A stretch of 64,000 bases of DNA from Gammaproteobacteria bacterium (GTDB lineage: Bacteria; Pseudomonadota; Gammaproteobacteria; Eutrophobiales; Eutrophobiaceae): the NCBI GenBank assembly GCA_965222155.1, contig CBDCTH010000012.1:3072001-3136000 (forward strand). The letters are read 5' to 3'. The stretch's first letter is position 1. Each line of letters starts with the position of its first letter. The notes beneath the pieces are model-generated. The model did no database searches. It was not told the origin of the DNA and saw only the letters and a program-made list of their open reading frames with translations. Position numbers and translations under genes: made by a program. Positions 9,477-19,921 of this stretch are shown here, piece after piece.

Positions 9477-10246
9477 TAAAACCTGAATTCTGCGACAACG
9501 GGAGTGTGGTCAGAGGGACGCTGCTGCTGGCGCGGAACAATATCTATCCAACTGTCGGCACAACGCCGGCTGAGCGGGGTTGACGCCAGAATGAGGTCGA
9601 TACGCAAGCCGCGGTTATGCGCGAAATCGCCCGCGCGGTAATCCCACCAGGAAAAGGAATGGCGTTCCTGTTCAAACAACCGGAAGGTATCCGTCAGGCC
9701 GTGGGCCAGGAGTCCGGATAAGGCATCTCGTTCCGGTCGACTGCAGAGTATCCTGTCGCGCCATCCTTCCGGGTCGTGGACGTCGGCATCGGCAGGCGTG
9801 ATATTAAAATCACCGAGGAGAACGAGTTTATCGTAGTTTTGCAACAGTTCGCCGGTGAAGACGTCAAGTCGCGCCAGCCAGTCGAGTTTGTAGGCGTACT
9901 TGTCCGAGCCGACCTCGGAACCGTTCGGTACGTACAGGTTCAGGACGCAAATATCGTCAACCAGGGCGCACAGCACGCGTTTCTGCGGGTCATCCAGGCC
10001 GGGCAGGCCGGTATGCAACATCTGAACCGGATTCCTGCTCACGACGGCAACGCCGTTATAGGTTTTTTGCCCGGAAAAAACTACCTGGTAACCTGCTTCA
10101 TCAAAGGCATGGGTGGGGAAGCCTTCATCCTGGGTCTTGGTCTCCTGCAAGGCAAGCACGTCCGGCCCATGGGTGTCCAGCCACTGCAACACCTGCGGCA
10201 GGCGCACCTTCAGGGAATTGACGTTCCAACTGGCTATGGTCCACAT
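9476..10246 (-). CDS. xth: Exodeoxyribonuclease III
   Basis: IASWNVNS, LQETK, GDFN, GLRIDLIL, SDHTPV; start at ATG 10246. Confidence 0.96.
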   Translation of the reverse strand: MWTIASWNVNSLKVRLPQVLQWLDTHGPDVLALQETKTQDEGFPTHAFDEAGYQVVFSGQKTYNGVAVVSRNPVQMLHTGLPGLDDPQKRVLCALVDDICVLNLYVPNGSEVGSDKYAYKLDWLARLDVFTGELLQNYDKLVLLGDFNITPADADVHDPEGWRDRILCSRPERDALSGLLAHGLTDTFRLFEQERHSFSWWDYRAGDFAHNRGLRIDLILASTPLSRRCADSWIDIVPRQQQRPSDHTPVVAEFRF

Positions 10247-10256
10247 GGAAATAGTC

Positions 10257-12314
10257 TCAGGGCCGTGCTGAAACATCAGGCATGATACCCGAGTGTCGCA
10301 ACAGGGCATCTATAACAGGTTTACGGCCGCGGAATTCAACGAACAGGTCCATGGGTTCACGTGAACCCCCCTGCTCCAGTATGGTGTGGAGAAAATCCCT
10401 GCCCGTTTTGGTATCGAAGATCCCATTTTCCTCAAACCGGGAGAAGGCGTCGGCGGAAAGCACCTCGGCCCACTTGTAGCTGTAATAGCCCGCGCCATAA
10501 CCGCCTGCGAAAATATGGGCGAACCCATGTTGAAAGCGGTTGTCGGGTGGCGCTTTGACCACCGCGACAGCGCGCCGGACCTGGTCCAGCAGGGACTGGA
10601 TATCGTCCGTATCATGACCGCGCCGTTCATTGTGGAGGCGGAAGTCGAACAGGGCCAGTTCGAGTTGCCGCACCATGTGCATCCCGGCATGATACGTCCT
10701 GGCCTGTTGCATCTTGTCGAACAATTCTTTCGGAAGCGCTGCTCCGGTCTGGTAATGGCGTGCGAACAGGTCCAGCGATTCCCGTTCCCAGCACCAGTTT
10801 TCCAGGAACTGGCTGGGCAGTTCCACCGCATCCCAGGGCACACCGTTGATCCCGGCCACGCCGGCGTAATCGACCAGCGTCAGCATATGATGCAGGCCGT
10901 GGCCGAATTCATGGAACAGGGTGAGCACCTCGTCGTGGGTGAGCAGGGCGGGTTTGCCGGATACCGGTGGAGTGAAGTTACAGGTCAGGAACGCCACCGG
11001 AGTCTGGACGGCGCCGTTGTTCAGTCTGCGCGTGATACATTCATCCATCCAGGCGCCGCCGCGCTTGTGCGGGCGGGCATACAGGTCAAGGTAGAATGCG
11101 CCGCGCAACCCGCCGTCAGCATCCCTGACCTCAAAAAATCTGACGTCGGGATGCCAGACCTCGACCTCTTCACGCTGATTAATGCTGAGGCCGTACAACC
11201 GGTTGACCACCGAGAACAGCCCTTCGACCACCTGGTTTGCCGGAAAATAGGGGCGTAAATCTTCCTGGGAAAAGTCGAATTCTTTCTGCCTGAGCTTCTC
11301 CGAGTAATAGGGTATATCCCAGGCTTGCAATTCATCAAGGCCGTACTCCTGAGCGGCAAATTCCTCCAGGGCCGCCATTTCCCGATGCGCCACGGTCTTG
11401 CTGCGCCCGGCCAGGTTATGCAGGAACTCCGTGACTTCTTCCGGCGTGTCAGCCATCTTTTTGACCAGTGAGTATTCCGCATAGTTTGCGTAGCCCAGTA
11501 ACGCGGCGAGTTCCTGTCGTAACGACAGGATCTGCGTCATCAGCGGTCCATTGTCCCATTTCCCCCCATTGGGGCCCCGCTCCGAGGCGCGGGTATTGTA
11601 GGCGATGTACATTTCCTGCCGGAACGTCCTGTCGTCGGCGTAGTTCATCACCGGCGCGTAAGAAGGATATTCCAGTGTAAACAGCCAGTCGGTCCGGTCC
11701 TGCCGGCGCGCGTTCTGCGCCGCCAGTTCGACGGCCGTATCCGGCAGACCGTTGAGTTGCGACTCATCCGTAACCAGCCTGGTCCAGCCGTGGGTGGCAT
11801 CAAGCAGGTTTTCTTCAAAGCGCGTTTCCAGTTGTGAGAGTTTCTGTCTCAGAACCTTGTACCGGTCTTTTTCCCGTTGTTCCAGGTCGATGCCGGACAG
11901 GTGAAAATCCCGCAAGCTGTTCTGGATGATCTTTTGTCGGGAGATATCCAGCCGGGAATAGTATTCGCTACCGGCCAGGGTCTTGCAGGCGTGGAACAGG
12001 TCTTCATTCTGCCCCAGTTCAGTGGCGTGGTCGGCCATTTTGGGCACACAGGCATTGTGAGCTAGGCGCAATGCCTCATTATCGGCGACCGAATGCAGGT
12101 GCCGGACCATGGACCAGGCGCGTTGCAGTTGATCTTCCTTGTCTTCCAGGGGCTGGAACAGCGATTCCCAGGTATGTTCCCCGGGTTGTTCCAGCAGGGA
12201 CTGCAACAACACGCGGTGCTCTTCCAGCAGCTGATCGACGGCGGGCTCCATATGTTCTGGCCTGACACGGCTGAAGGTCGGCAATATCTGATTTTCAAGT
12301 AACGGATTGTTCAT
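10257..12314 (-). CDS. prlC: Oligopeptidase A (M3 family)
   Basis: MNNPLL start, FHEFGHGLHH, DAVELPSQ, GYYSYKWAEVL. Confidence 0.95.
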   Translation of the reverse strand: MNNPLLENQILPTFSRVRPEHMEPAVDQLLEEHRVLLQSLLEQPGEHTWESLFQPLEDKEDQLQRAWSMVRHLHSVADNEALRLAHNACVPKMADHATELGQNEDLFHACKTLAGSEYYSRLDISRQKIIQNSLRDFHLSGIDLEQREKDRYKVLRQKLSQLETRFEENLLDATHGWTRLVTDESQLNGLPDTAVELAAQNARRQDRTDWLFTLEYPSYAPVMNYADDRTFRQEMYIAYNTRASERGPNGGKWDNGPLMTQILSLRQELAALLGYANYAEYSLVKKMADTPEEVTEFLHNLAGRSKTVAHREMAALEEFAAQEYGLDELQAWDIPYYSEKLRQKEFDFSQEDLRPYFPANQVVEGLFSVVNRLYGLSINQREEVEVWHPDVRFFEVRDADGGLRGAFYLDLYARPHKRGGAWMDECITRRLNNGAVQTPVAFLTCNFTPPVSGKPALLTHDEVLTLFHEFGHGLHHMLTLVDYAGVAGINGVPWDAVELPSQFLENWCWERESLDLFARHYQTGAALPKELFDKMQQARTYHAGMHMVRQLELALFDFRLHNERRGHDTDDIQSLLDQVRRAVAVVKAPPDNRFQHGFAHIFAGGYGAGYYSYKWAEVLSADAFSRFEENGIFDTKTGRDFLHTILEQGGSREPMDLFVEFRGRKPVIDALLRHSGIMPDVSARP

Positions 12315-12325
12315 GTTCTGATACT

Positions 12326-12363
12326 GATAATGAGAATTATTTTTATTTAAAATCAATAAGTTA
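12326..12363. promoter_or_regulatory. Fur box plus adjacent IHF site in the prlC/bfr divergent region
   Basis: GATAATGAGAATTATTTTT (15/19 to Fur consensus) at 12326-12344; AATCAATAAGTTA (perfect WATCAANNNNTTR) at 12351-12363. Confidence 0.7.
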
Positions 12364-12495
12364 TGCTTTACATGCAGAATCAGAGCTGATATGATCCGGC
12401 ACTGGTTTCCGTTTATGGGAGTGAACCGTAGTCCAGTCGCCCTGCAGGCGGGAGCCGCTTTCGATTAACTCGTTGTTTATTTACAGAGGTCTATT

Positions 12496-12960
12496 ATGCA
12501 AGGTGACGAAAAAATAATCGAGTACCTCAACCAGGTACTCAAGAATGAACTGACGGCGATTAACCAATATTTCCTGCATGCACGGATGTGGAAGGACTGG
12601 GGCCTGAAGGAATTGAATGAGCATGAATATCACGAATCCGTCGATGAAATGAAGCATGCCGACAAGCTGATCGAACGGGTTCTGTTCCTGGAGGGTCTGC
12701 CGAACCTGCAGGACCTGGGCAAGTTGTTTATCGGCGAAAATACCAGGGAGATGCTGGAATGCGACCTGAAACAGGAACATCTCGCCATACCTTTGTTGCG
12801 GGAGGCCATAGCACACTGCGAAGCCGAACGGGATTATGTCAGCCGTGCACTCCTGGAAGATATCCTTGAAGACGAGGAGGAACACGTGGACTGGCTGGAA
12901 ACCCAGCTTGAACTGATAGAAAAGGTCGGCATTGAGAATTACCAGCAATCCAAGATGTAA
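12496..12960 (+). CDS. bfr: Bacterioferritin
   Basis: [27 protein letters not shown]. Confidence 0.97.
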   Translation: MQGDEKIIEYLNQVLKNELTAINQYFLHARMWKDWGLKELNEHEYHESVDEMKHADKLIERVLFLEGLPNLQDLGKLFIGENTREMLECDLKQEHLAIPLLREAIAHCEAERDYVSRALLEDILEDEEEHVDWLETQLELIEKVGIENYQQSKM

Positions 12961-13125
12961 CAGGATTAAGGATGGCGGGAAGCAGGAAACTGGAATCGAT
13001 TTTGCAAAGGTTACACATAGTAAAAATGTCTCGCTAAGCCGCTGATCGTTCCCTGGTGTCAGGGTTCAGACTCGAAAGTATTCAGCTGTCCCGCCCGGGG
13101 CAGAAAATCAGTATAAATATTTGTT

Positions 13126-13144
13126 GCAAATGATTCTCATTTGT
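13126..13144. promoter_or_regulatory. Fur box upstream of bfd
   Basis: GCAAATGATTCTCATTTGT. Confidence 0.75.
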
Positions 13145-13192
13145 TCTATTATTCGTGTTACTAACCAATCTGCATATAAAGAGTGCTATCAG

Positions 13193-13393
13193 ATGTACGT
13201 ATGTGTATGTAACGCGTTAACGGAACGGCAAGTCAGGCAAGCCATAGGCGAAGGTGCCCTGACACCCGGACAAGTCAGACAAAAACTGGACTCCGAGCGC
13301 ATTTGCGGCTCCTGCGACGACTGCCTGGAAGACTGTCTTTCCGAAGCATTCATGTTCGCTTCCCCCAGCCTGAATGTCGCAGTAGCCGAGTAA
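13193..13393 (+). CDS. bfd: Bacterioferritin-associated ferredoxin
   Basis: MYVCVCNA...CGSC; next to bfr. Confidence 0.9.
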   Translation: MYVCVCNALTERQVRQAIGEGALTPGQVRQKLDSERICGSCDDCLEDCLSEAFMFASPSLNVAVAE

Positions 13394-13543
13394 ACAGCAC
13401 CCGGCATTCATCTACCCCTGCTTTGACTCCTGTGCGGGCAGGGGGCCATAAAGAACTACCATCACGCGGATTCCCGTCCCTGTTCAACACCACACAGTAC
13501 TTGCTGCCGGCTTACTGCAGGTAAGAGGCAGACGTTTGCAAAT

Positions 13544-13562
13544 GCAAATGATAATTATTATT
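13544..13562. promoter_or_regulatory. Fur box upstream of the TonB-dependent receptor
   Basis: GCAAATGATAATTATTATT, with overlapping hexamers. Confidence 0.8.
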
Positions 13563-13637
13563 ATTTGTATCACGCCTCGCATTCATGTATTATCGACGCC
13601 AGGTGTAACACCAGACAAATAATAAGAGGAGAAATGT

Positions 13638-15932
13638 ATGTCCGCTGTTTCATGCTTCCTGAAGCCACATCAACGTTACAGCCTGCCTGACAAGAGGCGC
13701 CTGCTGCCCGTCACCGCGCTGTACGCGGGATTGGCCCTGGCCGCCTTCAACTTGCCGGCATTCGCCGCGAACCAGGAAATCAATGAGGAGATTACTGTTG
13801 TAGGCAGCTCGGACGAGGCCCAAAGCGTTGCCGGGGCGGCTCACTTCATTGGTCAGGAGGAACTGGAGAAATTTTCCTATTCCGATATCCAGCGTATCGG
13901 GCGCGAGGTGCCGGGTGTGTCACTACAGGTGGAAGACGGTTACGGTCTGCGTCCCAACATCAGTATCCGCGGTGTAGCCACGGAGCGCAGCGGCCGTATC
14001 ACTCTGCTGGAGGATGGCGTGCTGATTGCCCCGGCGCCCTATTCGGCGCCGTCGGCCTATTACTTCCCCACGGCGGGCCGCATGAATGCATTCGAGGTGC
14101 TGAAAGGCCCCGCCGCGATCACCCAGGGGCCCTACACCATCGGCGGTGCGCTTAACATGATCTCGACACCCATCCCGAATGAACTGCAGGGCCGGGTGAT
14201 GGCAGAGGGCGGTGAAGATGCGACTTACCGGGTCCATGCCCACTACGGCGGCGAGCTGGGGAACGGTCTTGGATTCCTGGTCGAAACACATCAATGGGGA
14301 ACGGACGGCTTCCAGAACCTGGATAACGATGGCGGCGATACCGGGCTCAGGCTGGAAGACTATACGCTAAAGCTGCGGTACGCTTCTCCCGCTTCCCGTC
14401 ACCAGCTGGACTTTAAATTTCAATACGCCGATCAGGATTCGGAACAAAGCTACCTCGGGCTGACCGATGCGGATTTTGCGGAGGACCCATATCGCCGCTA
14501 TGGCGCGTCGGAACTGGACAATATCGCCACGCAGCACTTCCAGTACATCTTGCGTTACAAGCTGGAACTTACCGACAGACTGACCTTGGCCATAACCGGT
14601 TACAACAATGAACACGAACGCGACTGGTTCAAAACCGAAGGTCTGGACGCGGACGGCAGCCCGAGTGCCGAGGAGTTCAGCCGAACCAGTTGGTTCAACG
14701 TTATCCGGGCGGTAAATCAGGGCAGCGGGCTGGGCGCGCTGACTCCGGTCGAACTTCAGGGCATCCTGGATGGCTCGATTGATACCGCCCCCGGCAGCAT
14801 ACAGGTCCGCTCCAACGCTCGTGAATACTTCTCCCGCGGCGTGCAGTTCAATTTCAACTGGAACGGTGAGATCGGTGCGACTCGCCATGACCTGGAAATC
14901 GGCGTCCGCTACCACGAAGACGAAGAAGACAGGCTGCAGCGCAACAGCTCCTACCACCAGGAAAACGCCAGGCTGGTGCTGGACGATCCGGGGTTGCTGG
15001 GTAATGCCGGTAACCGCGTGCAGGAGGCCGAGGCTGTCGCCGTGCATATCTATGATCACATTGAATGGGGCAACTGGGTGCTGAGCCCGGGAATCCGCTA
15101 TGAAGACATCGACCAGAAGCGCACCCGCTGGCGCGACCGGGGCGATCAGGCCGGCGCGCGCAACACATTCCGGGACAGCCGGAAAAACAGCACCAAAGTA
15201 TGGCTCCCCGGCCTAGGCATTCTCTACCGTATGAATGACAACCTGGCGCTGCTGGCAGGCATCCACAAAGGTTTTACCGCGCCCAGTAATGCGCCGGACG
15301 TGAAAGAGGAGAAGGCGATCAACTATGAACTGGGCTTCAGGTACGCGCACAACGGCCTGCGCGGAGAGGTGATTGGTTTCCTTAGTGATTACGACAACAT
15401 CCTCGGCGAATGCACGTCGTCATCCGGCGCCGACTGTACGGTCGGCGACGCATTCGATGGCGATGCGGCGACGGTTGCCGGCGTGGAAGTGCTGCTATCA
15501 GCCAACCTGACCCCGGACCACAGCTTCAGCCTGCCGCTGTCATTCGTTTACACTTATATAGACGCCGAATTTGACACGGACATCGCCGTCACCGACTTTT
15601 TCGGCGACGTGAGTAAAGGCGACCCCATCCCCTACATACCGGAGCACCAGTTACGGGTATCTGCCGGCATTGAACAATCGCGCTGGGCCGCGTATATCAG
15701 CGCGAATTACGTGGACGAGGTATGTGTGCGCGCCTCCTGTGCTGATTTTGAACGCACCGATGCAGCGCTGACGGTCGATATAGCCGCCAACTTCCGCTAT
15801 AACGACAGGATATCCTTGTTTGGCCGCATGGAAAACGTCACCGGAGAGGAAGACATACTGGGCCGCCACCCCTACGGCGCCCGGCCGAACAAGGACCGGA
15901 CCACCATTGCCGGCGTCCGCATCGGATTTTAA
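13638..15932 (+). CDS. TonB-dependent iron receptor (FecA-like)
   Basis: TonB box EEITVVG, plug NISIRG/EVLKGP, C-terminal Phe; Fur box upstream. Confidence 0.92.
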   Translation: MSAVSCFLKPHQRYSLPDKRRLLPVTALYAGLALAAFNLPAFAANQEINEEITVVGSSDEAQSVAGAAHFIGQEELEKFSYSDIQRIGREVPGVSLQVEDGYGLRPNISIRGVATERSGRITLLEDGVLIAPAPYSAPSAYYFPTAGRMNAFEVLKGPAAITQGPYTIGGALNMISTPIPNELQGRVMAEGGEDATYRVHAHYGGELGNGLGFLVETHQWGTDGFQNLDNDGGDTGLRLEDYTLKLRYASPASRHQLDFKFQYADQDSEQSYLGLTDADFAEDPYRRYGASELDNIATQHFQYILRYKLELTDRLTLAITGYNNEHERDWFKTEGLDADGSPSAEEFSRTSWFNVIRAVNQGSGLGALTPVELQGILDGSIDTAPGSIQVRSNAREYFSRGVQFNFNWNGEIGATRHDLEIGVRYHEDEEDRLQRNSSYHQENARLVLDDPGLLGNAGNRVQEAEAVAVHIYDHIEWGNWVLSPGIRYEDIDQKRTRWRDRGDQAGARNTFRDSRKNSTKVWLPGLGILYRMNDNLALLAGIHKGFTAPSNAPDVKEEKAINYELGFRYAHNGLRGEVIGFLSDYDNILGECTSSSGADCTVGDAFDGDAATVAGVEVLLSANLTPDHSFSLPLSFVYTYIDAEFDTDIAVTDFFGDVSKGDPIPYIPEHQLRVSAGIEQSRWAAYISANYVDEVCVRASCADFERTDAALTVDIAANFRYNDRISLFGRMENVTGEEDILGRHPYGARPNKDRTTIAGVRIGF

Positions 15933-16039
15933 TCAACTCCGCGACAGGAGTGATCGGCCCGTACTTCCTGGTAGGAGAAGCGGGTCAAGACAGGGAACTT
16001 TCAAACTCAGCAACGTTATACTCTTGTCGTAACTGGAGT

Positions 16040-16073
16040 GGGGGCGTATATTCAGGCACGCCCCCCCTTTTTT
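16040..16073 (+). terminator. Intrinsic terminator between the receptor and fbpA
   Basis: GGGGGCGT...ACGCCCCC stem followed by T6. Confidence 0.65.
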
Positions 16074-16090
16074 ACAAGATAAGGAACAAG

Positions 16091-17098
16091 ATGAGATATA
16101 TACCCCTGTTATTTTTTGTTGTCCTGGCTCATCAGGCAGGACAGACAGAAGAAGTCAACGTCTACTCCGGCCGCAAGGAGGCCCTGATTAAACCGTTGTT
16201 CGACGAATTCACGGAACAGACGGGGATCAGGGTTAACCTGGTCACGGGCAAGGCGGATGCGTTGATTAAACGCCTGGAGCTTGAGGGTGAAAAATCACCG
16301 GCGGACCTGTTGCTGACCGTGGACGCGGGACGCCTGCATCGGGCAAAGGAACAAGGCTTGCTGCAGGCAATCACTTCCGCAGAACTCAACGAGGCGGTGC
16401 CGGAAAACTATCGCGACCCCCAGGGATATTGGTACGGCCTGTCAATCAGGGCGCGGGTAATAGTCCACTCCAAGGCAAATATCGAGCCGCTACGGCTTTC
16501 CACCTATGAAGCCCTGGCCGGTCCCGTCTGGAAGAAACAGCTTTGCGTGCGCTCCTCATCCAACATCTATAACCAGTCACTGGTTGCCTCCATGTTTGCC
16601 CACCACGGGCTGGAGAAAGCGGAATCCTGGATCAGGGGCCTGGTCGGCAATTTCGCCAGAGACCCCAAAGGCGGCGACCGGGACCAGATCAAGGCCGTGG
16701 CGGCGGGGCAATGCAATGTGGCGCTGATCAACACGTACTACCTGGCAGGTATGCTTGACTCGGATATCGATAGTGAAGTCGCCGCGGCAAACAAGGTGGC
16801 ACTGTTCTGGCCGAACCAGGCGGGAAGAGGCACCCACGTCAATGTCAGCGGCGCCGGCGTAACAAGGTCGGCAGGACACAAGGGCGCCGCTGTGCGCTTG
16901 CTGGAATACCTGGTCAGCATCCCGGCGCAGGAATGGTACGGAAAAACGAACCATGAATTTCCCGTCCGGGAAGGTGTTACCGGAGACAGCATCCTGCAAT
17001 CCTGGGGCGCGTTCAAGGCCGACAACTTGAACCTGGCAGTGCTGGGGGAAAATAACCAGGCTGCCGTGCGCGCCATGGACCGGGGCGGCTGGAAGTAA
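16091..17098 (+). CDS. fbpA: Fe(III) ABC transporter substrate-binding protein (FbpA/FutA)
   Basis: EVNVYSGR, SPADLLLTVD, NIYNQSL, NTYY; ATG 16091. Confidence 0.92.
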   Translation: MRYIPLLFFVVLAHQAGQTEEVNVYSGRKEALIKPLFDEFTEQTGIRVNLVTGKADALIKRLELEGEKSPADLLLTVDAGRLHRAKEQGLLQAITSAELNEAVPENYRDPQGYWYGLSIRARVIVHSKANIEPLRLSTYEALAGPVWKKQLCVRSSSNIYNQSLVASMFAHHGLEKAESWIRGLVGNFARDPKGGDRDQIKAVAAGQCNVALINTYYLAGMLDSDIDSEVAAANKVALFWPNQAGRGTHVNVSGAGVTRSAGHKGAAVRLLEYLVSIPAQEWYGKTNHEFPVREGVTGDSILQSWGAFKADNLNLAVLGENNQAAVRAMDRGGWK

Positions 17099-17112
17099 TA
17101 CAGCCCTAAGCA

Positions 17113-18789
17113 ATGGCTGCTTCCATGCCGTTATTCCGGCAAAGCCTCACCGGATTTACTCTCCCTCCTCCCTGGGTGGCCCTGACCATCCTGGTGGCCG
17201 GGGTGCTGTTGCTGCCCGTCATCGTCGTAGCAGCGTCGGTTTTTCTGTCCAGCGGCGACGTGTGGCAACACCTCTATGCCACGGTTCTTGGGGAGTACAT
17301 CGTCAATTCGCTGCTGCTGGTGGCCGGGGTGGGCTGCCTGGCCCTGCCCCTGGGCGTGATCCCTGCCTGGCTGGTGACCTTGTACCGGTTCCCCTGCAGC
17401 CGCCAACTGGAGTGGGCTCTGCTGCTCCCCCTGGCCATGCCCGCGTACATCATCGCCTACACCTACACCGGCCTGCTGGACGTGGCCGGCCCGTTGCAGT
17501 CCTGGTTGCGCGAGGCATTTGCCTGGGGCTACGGTGATTACTGGTTTCCCGACATCCGCTCCCTGCCCGGCGCGGTCCTGATGCTGTCCCTGGTGCTGTA
17601 CCCCTATATCTACCTGCTGGCCCGGACCGCTTTCCTGGAACAGTCCGCCTGCGTCGTCGAGGTCGCCCGGACCCTGGGTGTCCGGCCGGCAAGGGTGTTC
17701 TTCAAGGTGGTGTTGCCGCTGGCGCGTCCGGCGATCATTGTCGGACTGTCCCTGGTGATGATGGAGACCCTGGCGGATTACGGCACCGTGCAATACTTCG
17801 GCGTGGCGACATTTACCACCGGCATCTTCAAGACCTGGTTCGGACTGGGCAGCAGCATCGCTGCCGCCCAACTGTCCGCGCTGCTGCTGTTCTTCGTGCT
17901 GTTCCTGATCATCCTGGAACAGCGCTCGCGCCGCCAGTCCCGCTATCATCACACCAGCACCCGTTACGGTCGCCTGGAACAGAGCAAACTGCACAACCGG
18001 CGCGGTTTGACGGCCCTGGTCGTGTGTGCGCTGCCGGTATTGTTCGGATTTGTCATCCCGGCCTGCCAGTTGCTGTCATGGGGCATGCAAACCTGGCGCG
18101 CGTCCCTGGACGCCGGGTTTTTCGGCCTGGTAGGGAACAGCATCAAACTGGCCCTGATCACCGCCTTGCTTGCGACGATCCTGGCGCTGGCAATCAGTTA
18201 TGCCCGGCGCCTGCAACCCGGCATAATGGCGAACTCGCTCAACCGCCTGTTGGGTATGGGTTATGCCGTCCCGGGTACCGTGATTGCGGTAGGCGTACTG
18301 CTTCCCTTCATCTGGCTGGACCGCCACCTGAGCTACTGGCTCGGTTTGCTGTCCGGCGCCGACCCCGGTCTGCTGTTGAGTGGCTCCATCGTCATCCTGG
18401 TTTTTGCCTACCTGGTGCGCTTCCTGGCGCTGTCCCTGAATACGGTGGACGTCGGCCTGGCAAAGATCAAGCCATCGATGGACGAGGCGGGAAGGAGTCT
18501 GGGCGTCAGCGGCTTCAGGTTGTTGCGCCGGGTCCATGTCCCCGTCCTGCGCGGCACTATGCTCACTGCCATGCTGCTGGTGTTTGTCGACGTCCTGAAA
18601 GAACTGCCGGCGACACTGATATTGCGGCCGTTCAATTTCAACACGCTGGCGATCCGCACCTACGAGCTGGCCAACGAAGAGAGGCTGGCCGCCGCCGCGT
18701 TCCCGGCCCTGGCGATCGTGCTGGCGGGCATCATTCCCGTTATCATACTCAGCCGGGCCATTACACAATCACGTTCCGCTTATGCTTGA
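17113..18789 (+). CDS. fbpB: Fe(III) ABC transporter permease
   Basis: Two permease repeats; KELPATLILRPFNFNTLA. Confidence 0.92.
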   Translation: MAASMPLFRQSLTGFTLPPPWVALTILVAGVLLLPVIVVAASVFLSSGDVWQHLYATVLGEYIVNSLLLVAGVGCLALPLGVIPAWLVTLYRFPCSRQLEWALLLPLAMPAYIIAYTYTGLLDVAGPLQSWLREAFAWGYGDYWFPDIRSLPGAVLMLSLVLYPYIYLLARTAFLEQSACVVEVARTLGVRPARVFFKVVLPLARPAIIVGLSLVMMETLADYGTVQYFGVATFTTGIFKTWFGLGSSIAAAQLSALLLFFVLFLIILEQRSRRQSRYHHTSTRYGRLEQSKLHNRRGLTALVVCALPVLFGFVIPACQLLSWGMQTWRASLDAGFFGLVGNSIKLALITALLATILALAISYARRLQPGIMANSLNRLLGMGYAVPGTVIAVGVLLPFIWLDRHLSYWLGLLSGADPGLLLSGSIVILVFAYLVRFLALSLNTVDVGLAKIKPSMDEAGRSLGVSGFRLLRRVHVPVLRGTMLTAMLLVFVDVLKELPATLILRPFNFNTLAIRTYELANEERLAAAAFPALAIVLAGIIPVIILSRAITQSRSAYA

Positions 18790-19813
18790 AATCAAAAACC
18801 TGGCCATCCTGTTCGATGGCAAAACCATCATTTCGGACATATCTTTAAGTCTGGAGCAAGGCAGGATCGGTTGCCTGCTGGGCCCCAGTGGCTGCGGCAA
18901 GACCACCTTGTTACGCACCATAGCCGGGTTTGAGCAACCCCGGCGCGGCGAGGTCCGGGTTAACGGCCGCTGTTTCAGCAGTCCCTCATCACTGCTCCCC
19001 GTGGAGCAGAGAGGCGTGGGCATGGTGTTCCAGGACTTCGCCCTGTTTCCGCACCTGGCAGTGCGCGACAATATCGCCTTCGGTCTGCAGGAGCAGGCAG
19101 GGGAAGCGCGCCGGGCCCGGGTAGACGAAGTGGTGCAGGCGCTTGAGATCGCCGATTTCCAGCACAAGTATCCCCACCAGTTGTCAGGAGGCCAGCAACA
19201 ACGGGTCGCTATTGCCAGGGCGCTGGCGCCGCGTCCCGACATGTTGCTGCTGGACGAACCCTTCTCCAACATGGACATAGAGCTGAGGGAACAGATCGCC
19301 CGGGAACTGCGCATGATCCTCAAACAGGACGGCATGACGACGATCCTGGTGACCCATAACCAGCTCGAAGCGTTTGCCATGGCGGACGAAATCGGCGTCA
19401 TCCGGGACGGCGTACTGCTGCAATGGGACAATGCATTCAACCTGTATCACCGGCCCGCCGGCCCGGACGTTGCTGATTTCATCGGGGAAGGCGTCTTCCT
19501 GGACGGCACCGTGCTCAGCACGACGGAGGTGGCGACCGAACTTGGCGTGTTGAGCGGTTCCGTCCCCCACGACATGGCGCCGCCGGCGCAGGTATCCTTG
19601 CTGGTGCGTCCGGACGATATCATCCACGACGACAACAGCAAACAGACCGCAACGGTACAAGACAAGGTCTTTCGCGGCGCCGAGTTTCTCTACACCCTGA
19701 CCCTTCCCAGCGGCGCCCGGATATTGAGCCTGGTCCCCAGCCACCACGACCACGCCATTGGAGAAAAAATAGGCATCCGCCCGGAAATCGACCACCTGGT
19801 GGTGTTTGAGTGA
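18782..19813 (+). CDS. fbpC: Fe(III) ABC transporter ATP-binding protein
   Basis: GPSGCGKT, LSGGQQQR, LLDEPF. Confidence 0.92.
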   Translation: MLEIKNLAILFDGKTIISDISLSLEQGRIGCLLGPSGCGKTTLLRTIAGFEQPRRGEVRVNGRCFSSPSSLLPVEQRGVGMVFQDFALFPHLAVRDNIAFGLQEQAGEARRARVDEVVQALEIADFQHKYPHQLSGGQQQRVAIARALAPRPDMLLLDEPFSNMDIELREQIARELRMILKQDGMTTILVTHNQLEAFAMADEIGVIRDGVLLQWDNAFNLYHRPAGPDVADFIGEGVFLDGTVLSTTEVATELGVLSGSVPHDMAPPAQVSLLVRPDDIIHDDNSKQTATVQDKVFRGAEFLYTLTLPSGARILSLVPSHHDHAIGEKIGIRPEIDHLVVFE

Positions 19814-19834
19814 CAAAGTCTGGTGGTTGATATC

Positions 19835-19921
19835 TTAAGCTAATCCAAATGTGATGATAGTGTATTCGTAGCTTTCAGCAAGATCAGTGGTCGCTTTGGA
19901 TGATAGACTATAGGCGGCCAT
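19835..19921 (-). pseudogene. ParE/RelE toxin, truncated after 28 codons
   Basis: MAAYSLSSKATTDLAESYEYTIITFGLA* resembles the ParE N-terminus. Confidence 0.65.
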
